DNA of 64,000 nucleotides from NCBI RefSeq assembly GCF_056746865.1, contig NZ_CM163382.1; one strand, 5' to 3'. Shown piece by piece: positions 58,062 to 64,000 of this stretch (position 1 is its first letter; each line of letters starts with the position of its first letter). The notes under the pieces were generated by a model. It saw only the letters and a program-made list of their open reading frames with translations, ran no database searches and was not told where the DNA came from. The position numbers and the translations under genes were made by a program.

Positions 58062-58388
58062 ATGAAAAGACGCCTTTTACTACTTTTTCTGTTATCTGTC
58101 CTGGCAGTGGGATGCTCGCAGCAAAAAGCTGATGAGCCCCGGCAATTAGTGACGGTGTATCCACGATATCCGGAATATGCTGCAGCAAATTATATCAAGG
58201 GGCTGGTTGAGGTTAAGTTCGATATTGGTGCTGATGGGACTGTGACACGGATCGTTTTTCTCCGCTCAGAGCCTCATAATTTGTTTCGTGATGAAGTGGT
58301 GAAGGCCATGGCGAAATGGCGATTTGAAAAGAATCGCCCCTGTCAGGGAGTGAAGAGACAATTTATCTTTACGCCGTCACGTCCTTGA
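58062..58388 (+). CDS. lipoprotein with TonB C-terminal-domain-like fold
   Basis: Lipobox LAVGC; mature part shows the TonB_C pattern (YPRYPEYAAANYIKGLVEVKFDIGADGTV...AMAKWRFE...FIFTP). Confidence 0.6.
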   Translation: MKRRLLLLFLLSVLAVGCSQQKADEPRQLVTVYPRYPEYAAANYIKGLVEVKFDIGADGTVTRIVFLRSEPHNLFRDEVVKAMAKWRFEKNRPCQGVKRQFIFTPSRP

Positions 58389-58510
58389 TGCTTCCAGGTA
58401 GAGAGGGGCTGGACGCAGGAGAAAAATGAAAGAGCCAGCGGTTATATTTTTGTCATGGCTGACGAGGAATGATGGAAGAAGGCGTTGTATGCCACACAAC
58501 GCCTCACTGT

Positions 58511-59003
58511 TCATTTCTTCTTTTTCTCTGGTGGAACCCGATGAATAAGAGTTGCACTGGTTTCCGATGAGATGGCGATATACTCGGGCAAAGTATGCTG
58601 GCAGTTTTCCAACTGGTCAAAAATACCTGCTCTCGTCTGTTGCAATGCCTGCAGCATGCGGCGGCAATGCGCCTTGCTTTTACTAACCATCTTTCCTTCC
58701 TCTATCAGTCGCTGCGTGAACTCATCATGTAATACCAGGTAAATGCGGATGTTATCGGTTTTGGCTACGCAGCATAGTACAAAACGGACAGGGGCATCCC
58801 GGGACGGGGGAGGCGTCACATGTCCCTGTGATGGTTGTTCCGGGTAATGCACTGTGTGGGGCATAAAAATGTCCGATAATTTTACTTTCTACCGCAGTTA
58901 GTTGATTCGTTGGTCCTGGTAGCACATTGGGCGAGGATTTAAATGCCAGGCAACTGAAGGATGATGTTGCAAGGGAGATAGCGAGAATATTTCTGATTTT
59001 CAT
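58511..59003 (-). pseudogene. bor-position gene split into two overlapping frames (putative frameshifted secreted protein)
   Basis: Frame 1 (59003-58752) starts with a signal peptide MKIRNILAISLATSSFSCLA; frame 2 (58864-58511) continues protein-like; frames switch at an A/T homopolymer near 58865. Confidence 0.35.
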
Positions 59004-59151
59004 TTGATGATGCCTCTGTGTGAAATGACGGTAAACGACGCACTTGTGCCGGCACATAATAGCAAGCACCATAATAGATCAGATTCGATTCTTGCTGTAA
59101 GTGATAATTATTCTCGTTTTCGGGTCCTTTCCGTCGATCCAACAGGTTACG

Positions 59152-59163
59152 GGGCGGCGACCT
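59152..59163 (+). other. cosN cohesive-end site (lambda-type 12-nt overhang GGGCGGCGACCT)
   Basis: ...CAGGTTACG|GGGCGGCGACCTCGCG.GTTTTCGCTATTTATGA matches the recalled lambda right-end/left-end junction. Confidence 0.7.
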
Positions 59164-59379
59164 CGCGCGTTTTCGCTATTTATGAGATTTTTTGAGGGGG
59201 TGGTTGTTGTTTAATTGTTTGGTATATCTACTTGATAAGTAAGGTGAAAATAAAATAAATACAACAACCTTACGATGTATTTTGATGTCATTAATGTGAA
59301 AAAATTCAATGATATCAAATGGTTTTGTAAAAACACATGGTTGTTGTATCGCTTTTTATCGATGACTTATGGAGAGGAG

Positions 59380-59886
59380 ATGGCCTTTTTATTGAATAAA
59401 AGTGATATGGCCTCCTCCATTGGTATCTCTGTTCAGGCATTTGATAAATGGGGCGTTCCTCCTGTTGAGCGTCGGGGTAGGGAGGTTTTTTATGACGTTA
59501 AAACTGTACTGGAGATAGATCGCGAGCGGCGACAATACAATCAGAGAACACCTGATGACGGGGGCGATCTGGAGGAAAGACTGCTTCGGGCCAGAGCTGA
59601 ACTGACAGAAGAACAGGCTGTAGCTCAAAAACTTAAAAATCAGGTAACCGAAGGTAAGCTCATCGATTCAGACTTCTGCGTTTTCGCCCTCAGCAAACTG
59701 GCGATGGCATTGTCCAGTACGCTTGATTCCATTCCGTTATCCATGCAGCGACAGTTCCCGGATTTAACGCCACGTCATATTGACCATCTGAAAACCCTTA
59801 TTGCAAAGGGCGCAAATCAGTGTGCGCGGGCGGGGGATAAATTACCGGATTTACTCGATGAATATATCAGAGCAACAACTGAATAA
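59380..59886 (+). CDS. nu1: terminase small subunit (Nu1-like)
   Basis: ...DSDFCVFALSKLAMALSSTLDSIPLSMQRQFPDLTPRHIDHLK... resembles lambda Nu1; ATG after GGAGAGGAG; track ORF 59275-59886 is an upstream extension. Confidence 0.85.
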   Translation: MAFLLNKSDMASSIGISVQAFDKWGVPPVERRGREVFYDVKTVLEIDRERRQYNQRTPDDGGDLEERLLRARAELTEEQAVAQKLKNQVTEGKLIDSDFCVFALSKLAMALSSTLDSIPLSMQRQFPDLTPRHIDHLKTLIAKGANQCARAGDKLPDLLDEYIRATTE

Positions 59887-61786
59887 TATGATGAGTGCTG
59901 TCACAACAGCATTACAGCCCCTGATAAGGGCATTGCCGGTGACGCCAGTTGAATGGGCTGATCAAAATTATTATCTGCCTAAAGAATCTTCATATGGTGA
60001 GGGAGAATGGAAAACGCTGCCGTTCCAGATCGCCATCATGAACAGTATGGGGAATGATCAGATCCGCACTGTTAATCTGATTAAATCTGCCCGTGTTGGC
60101 TATACAAAGATGTTGCTGGGAGTCGCCGGGTATTTTATTGAGCATAAATCCCGAAACAGTCTGCTTTTTCAGCCCACGGATTCTGCCGCTGAAGATTTTA
60201 TGAAGTCTCACGTGGAGGCGACGATTCGGGACGTGCCATGCCTGAAAGATCTTTCCCCGTGGCTGGGTCGTAAACATCGTGACAATACTCTCACGCTGAA
60301 ACGCTTTTCATCGGGCGTGGGCTTCTGGTGCCTGGGCGGGGCTGCCGCTAAAAACTACCGTGAAAAATCCGTGGATGTGGTCTGTTATGACGAGCTTTCC
60401 TCGTTCGAACCGGATGTTGAAAAAGAGGGTTCGCCAACCCTGCTGGGGGATAAACGTATTGAGGGCTCTGTATGGCCCAAATCCATTCGCGGCTCGACGC
60501 CTAAAATCAAAGGCTCCTGCCAGATCGAAAAAGCCGCTAACGAGTCGGCACACTTCATGCGTTTTTATGTGCCCTGTCCGCACTGTGGGGAGGAGCAGTA
60601 TCTGAAATTTGGCGATGATGCCTCGCCTTTCGGTCTTAAGTGGGAGAAGAATAAGCCAGAAAGTGTTTTCTACCTTTGTGAGCATCATGGCTGTGTGATC
60701 CATCAGTCTGAGCTTGACCAGAGTAACGGGCGGTGGATCTGTGAAAACACGGGCATGTGGACCCGTGACGGCCTGACGTTTTTCAGCGCTGCGGGTAATG
60801 AAATTCCGCCGCCGCGCTCCATCACGTTCCATATCTGGACGGCGTACAGTCCGTTCACCACCTGGGTACAGATAGTCTATGACTGGCTGGATGCACTGAA
60901 AGATCCCAACGGCCTGAAAACCTTTGTGAACACCACGCTGGGCGAGACCTGGGAAGAGGCTGTGGGCGAAAAACTCGATCACCAGGTACTGATGGATAAG
61001 GTTGTGCGTTACACGGCGGCGGTGCCTGCCCGGGTGGTTTATCTGACGGCGGGCATTGACTCGCAGCGAAACCGTTTTGAGATGTATGTCTGGGGATGGG
61101 CACCGGGAGAGGAAGCTTTTCTGGTGGATAAAATCATCATTATGGGCCGTCCCGATGAGGAAGAGACGCTGTTACGTGTGGATGCGGCGATCAACAAAAA
61201 ATACTGCCATGCAGACGGAACCGAAATGACCATTTCCCGTGTCTGCTGGGACACCGGGGGGATCGATGGTGAAATTGTCTATCAGAGGTCAAAAAAACAC
61301 GGTGTTTTCCGGGTGCTGCCGGTAAAAGGCGCATCTGTCTATGGCAAGCCGGTGATCACCATGCCGAAAACCCGCAATCAGCGGGGCGTGTATCTGTGTG
61401 AAGTGGGGACGGACACCGCAAAAGAAATTCTCTATGCCCGTATGAAAGCCGAGCCCACGCCTGCGGATGAAGCCACGTCGTATGCCATCCGTTTTCCTGA
61501 TGATCCGGAGATTTTTTCGCAGACAGAGGCGCAGCAACTGGTCGCGGAAGAGCTTGTGGAGAAGTGGGAAAAAGGAAAGATGCGTCTGCTGTGGGATAAC
61601 AAAAAGCGGCGTAACGAAGCGCTGGACTGCCTGGTGTATGCCTACGCGGCATTACGTGTGTCCGTGCAACGCTGGCAGCTTGATCTGGCTGTACTGGCAA
61701 AATCCCGGGAAGAAGAGACGACCCGGCCAACCCTTAAAGAACTGGCAGCGAAGCTGTCCGGAGGAGTGAATGGTTACAGTCGCTGA
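59858..61786 (+). CDS. A: terminase large subunit (gpA-like)
   Basis: MNISEQQLN...VEWADQNYYLPKESSYGEGEWKTLPFQIAIMN... closely resembles lambda gpA; start overlaps the Nu1 end. Confidence 0.9.
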   Translation: MNISEQQLNNMMSAVTTALQPLIRALPVTPVEWADQNYYLPKESSYGEGEWKTLPFQIAIMNSMGNDQIRTVNLIKSARVGYTKMLLGVAGYFIEHKSRNSLLFQPTDSAAEDFMKSHVEATIRDVPCLKDLSPWLGRKHRDNTLTLKRFSSGVGFWCLGGAAAKNYREKSVDVVCYDELSSFEPDVEKEGSPTLLGDKRIEGSVWPKSIRGSTPKIKGSCQIEKAANESAHFMRFYVPCPHCGEEQYLKFGDDASPFGLKWEKNKPESVFYLCEHHGCVIHQSELDQSNGRWICENTGMWTRDGLTFFSAAGNEIPPPRSITFHIWTAYSPFTTWVQIVYDWLDALKDPNGLKTFVNTTLGETWEEAVGEKLDHQVLMDKVVRYTAAVPARVVYLTAGIDSQRNRFEMYVWGWAPGEEAFLVDKIIIMGRPDEEETLLRVDAAINKKYCHADGTEMTISRVCWDTGGIDGEIVYQRSKKHGVFRVLPVKGASVYGKPVITMPKTRNQRGVYLCEVGTDTAKEILYARMKAEPTPADEATSYAIRFPDDPEIFSQTEAQQLVAEELVEKWEKGKMRLLWDNKKRRNEALDCLVYAYAALRVSVQRWQLDLAVLAKSREEETTRPTLKELAAKLSGGVNGYSR

Positions 61787-61970
61787 ACTACAGGCGCTGC
61801 GTCAGGCGCGCCTTGATTTATTAACCGGTAAACGGGTGGTGTCTGTCCAGAAAGATGGTCGCAGAATTGAATATACGGCGGCTTCTCTGGATGAGCTTAA
61901 CCGGGCGATCAATGATGCGGAGTCGGTACTGGGGACAACCCGCCGTCGTCCGCTGGGAGTGAGGTTATGA
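61770..61970 (+). CDS. W: head-tail joining protein (gpW-like)
   Basis: ...LLTGKRVVSVQKDGRRIEYTAASLDEL... resembles lambda gpW. Confidence 0.8.
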   Translation: MVTVAELQALRQARLDLLTGKRVVSVQKDGRRIEYTAASLDELNRAINDAESVLGTTRRRPLGVRL

Positions 61971-63559
61971 AACGAACGCCTGTCCTGATTGATGTGAACG
62001 GCGTTCCGCTTCGTGAGAGTCTCAGCTACAACGGGGGCGGCGCAGGATTTGGCGGGCAAATGGCTGAGTGGTTGCCACCGGCGCAGAGTGCCGATGCGGC
62101 CCTGCTGCCCGCGTTGCGTCTGGGGAATGCCCGGGCAGATGATCTGGTGCGCAATAACGGAATAGCGGCTAATGCGGTGGCTCTGCATAAGGATCACATT
62201 GTCGGGCATATGTTTCTGATCAGCTACCGTCCGAACTGGCGCTGGCTGGGGATGCGGGAGACCGCAGCAAAAAGCTTTGTCGATGAGGTGGAGGCGGCCT
62301 GGTCGGAATACGCCGAAGGGATGTTTGGCGAGATCGACGTGGAAGGAAAACGCACGTTCACGGAATTTATCCGTGAAGGTGTGGGCGTTCATGCGTTTAA
62401 CGGCGAAATCTTTGTGCAGCCGGTCTGGGATACGGAAACCACGCAGTTATTCCGTACGCGTTTTAAAGCCGTGAGTCCGAAACGGGTGGACACGCCTGGA
62501 CACGGTATGGGGAACCGTTTTCTGCGGGCCGGTGTGGAGGTCGATCGATATGGCCGTGCCGTCGCGTACCATATTTGTGAGGATGATTTTCCGTTCTCTG
62601 GTAGTGGACGATGGGAACGGATCCCGCGTGAACTTCCCACCGGGCGTCCGGCCATGCTGCATATTTTCGAGCCGGTGGAGGACGGGCAGACCCGTGGGGC
62701 TAATCAGTTTTACAGCGTCATGGAACGGCTGAAGATGCTCGATTCCCTGCAGGCAACACAGCTTCAGTCGGCCATAGTGAAGGCGATGTATGCAGCGACG
62801 ATTGAAAGTGAACTTGATACCGAAAAGGCCTTTGAATATATCGCCGGCGCGCCACAGGAGCAGAAGGATAATCCGCTTATTAATATTCTGGAGAAGTTCT
62901 CCAGCTGGTATGACACGAATAACGTGACACTGGGCGGTGTCAAAATTCCGCACCTTTTCCCTGGTGATGATCTGAAACTACAGACTGCGCAGGATTCAGA
63001 CAATGGATTTTCGGCGCTTGAACAGGCGCTGCTGCGGTATATCGCCGCCGGTCTTGGCGTTTCCTACGAACAGTTGTCCCGTGATTACTCGAAGGTCAGT
63101 TACTCAAGTGCCCGCGCCTCCGCCAATGAGTCGTGGCGCTATTTTATGGGGCGGCGAAAATTTATTGCGGCCCGGCTGGCCACGCAGATGTTTTCCTGCT
63201 GGCTGGAAGAGGCACTTCTTCGGGGGATTATTCGTCCGCCACGGGCACGTTTTGATTTTTATCAGGCGCGATCAGCCTGGTCACGGGCAGAGTGGATTGG
63301 TGCCGGAAGAATGGCCATTGACGGGCTCAAGGAAGTCCAGGAATCAGTGATGCGCATTGAGGCCGGACTGAGCACGTATGAGAAAGAGCTGGCGCTGATG
63401 GGCGAGGATTATCAGGACATTTTCCGCCAGCAGGTCAGGGAATCTGCAGAGCGGGAAAAAGCCGGACTCTCACGTCCGGTGTGGATAGCGCAGGCGTATC
63501 AGCAGCAGATAGCGGAGAGTCGCAGGCCGGAAGAGGAGACAACACCACGTGAGACGTAA
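61967..63559 (+). CDS. B: portal protein (gpB-like)
   Basis: 530-aa ORF in canonical position after W; lambda-type portal by size and order. Confidence 0.88.
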   Translation: MKRTPVLIDVNGVPLRESLSYNGGGAGFGGQMAEWLPPAQSADAALLPALRLGNARADDLVRNNGIAANAVALHKDHIVGHMFLISYRPNWRWLGMRETAAKSFVDEVEAAWSEYAEGMFGEIDVEGKRTFTEFIREGVGVHAFNGEIFVQPVWDTETTQLFRTRFKAVSPKRVDTPGHGMGNRFLRAGVEVDRYGRAVAYHICEDDFPFSGSGRWERIPRELPTGRPAMLHIFEPVEDGQTRGANQFYSVMERLKMLDSLQATQLQSAIVKAMYAATIESELDTEKAFEYIAGAPQEQKDNPLINILEKFSSWYDTNNVTLGGVKIPHLFPGDDLKLQTAQDSDNGFSALEQALLRYIAAGLGVSYEQLSRDYSKVSYSSARASANESWRYFMGRRKFIAARLATQMFSCWLEEALLRGIIRPPRARFDFYQARSAWSRAEWIGAGRMAIDGLKEVQESVMRIEAGLSTYEKELALMGEDYQDIFRQQVRESAEREKAGLSRPVWIAQAYQQQIAESRRPEEETTPRET

Positions 63560-64000
63560 TCTTTCACACATTATTGCCGCAGCATTCAATGAACCGCTGC
63601 TTCTGGAGCCCGCCTATGCGCGGGTTTTCTTTTGCGCGCTCGGGCGCGAGATGGGGGCAGCAAGTCTTTCGGTACCACAACAGCAGGTACAGCTTGATGC
63701 TCCCGGAATGCTGGCTGAAACGGACGAGTACATGGCCGGAGGTAAACGACCGGCCCGTGTTTACCGGGTGGTGAACGGTATTGCGGTACTGCCGGTGACC
63801 GGCACGCTGGTGCACCGGCTGGGGGGGATGCGGCCATTTTCCGGAATGACTGGCTATGACGGTATTGTCGCCTGTCTTCAGCAGGCAATGGCAGATAGCC
63901 AGGTGCGGGGCATACTGCTGGACATTGACAGTCCGGGCGGGCAGGCCGCCGGCGCGTTTGACTGCGCTGACATGATTTACCGCCTCCGTCAGCAGAAGCC
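63549..64000 (+). CDS. C: prohead protease/scaffold (gpC-like), 5' part; runs off window end
   Basis: GTG start overlapping the portal end; translation ...AAAFNEPLLLEPAYARVFFCAL...VVNGIAVLPVTGTLV...MTGYDGI... resembles lambda gpC. Confidence 0.75.
   Translation, partial: MRRNLSHIIAAAFNEPLLLEPAYARVFFCALGREMGAASLSVPQQQVQLDAPGMLAETDEYMAGGKRPARVYRVVNGIAVLPVTGTLVHRLGGMRPFSGMTGYDGIVACLQQAMADSQVRGILLDIDSPGGQAAGAFDCADMIYRLRQQK

Larger units (their letters stand above)
33870..64000. mobile_element. lambdoid prophage, left attachment end to head genes; continues beyond window; left boundary approximate
   Basis: Contiguous int-xis-exo, cI/cro, O-like/DnaC-like, nin-type genes, Q, lysis cassette, cos, Nu1-A-W-B-C replacing potB/potA; IS2 nested inside. 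Confidence 0.9.

Noticed and set aside
59275-59379. N-terminal extension of the terminase small subunit ORF
   Set aside because: Overlaps the cos region and lacks an RBS; the ATG at 59380 follows GGAGAGGAG and aligns with the lambda Nu1 N-terminus.

Overview
Enterobacterial (E. coli-type) chromosome. Bases 1-33,900 are conserved core genome in the order fabD'-fabG-acpP-fabF-[IS200 insertion]-pabC-mltG-tmk-holB-ycfH-ptsG-fhuE-hinT-ycfL-lpoB-thiK-nagZ-ycfP-ndh-ycfJ-comR-bhsA-ldtC-mfd-ycfT-lolCDE-nagK-cobB-ycfZ-ymfA-potD-potC. From about 33,900 to the window end lies the left ~30 kb of a mosaic lambdoid prophage inserted at the 3' end of potB, separating potCD from the rest of the pot operon. 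The prophage carries int-xis, a large DnaQ-like exonuclease, a cI/cro immunity region with three copies of a GTAAC-N4-GTTAC operator motif, an O-like initiator containing five 15-bp iterons, a DnaC-like loader, a nin-type region with a hok-like toxin, DUF968 protein, RusA and Q, then tR', an IS2 insertion with 5-bp target duplication, an AT-rich antisense ORF, a NanS-p-type esterase gene, a phage-21-type lysis cassette, a lambda-type cos site and Nu1-A-W-B-C head genes. No stx genes, tRNAs or CRISPR arrays were recognised. The strongest candidates for undescribed biology are cargo genes in the late region: a 297-aa ORF wedged between pinholin and SAR-endolysin, two small membrane ORFs between R and Rz, and a TonB-C-terminal-domain-like lipoprotein after Rz. 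Two copies of an SD-hairpin-AUG element in the nin region are also notable. All identifications are by eye and from recalled protein sequences; no database search was run.
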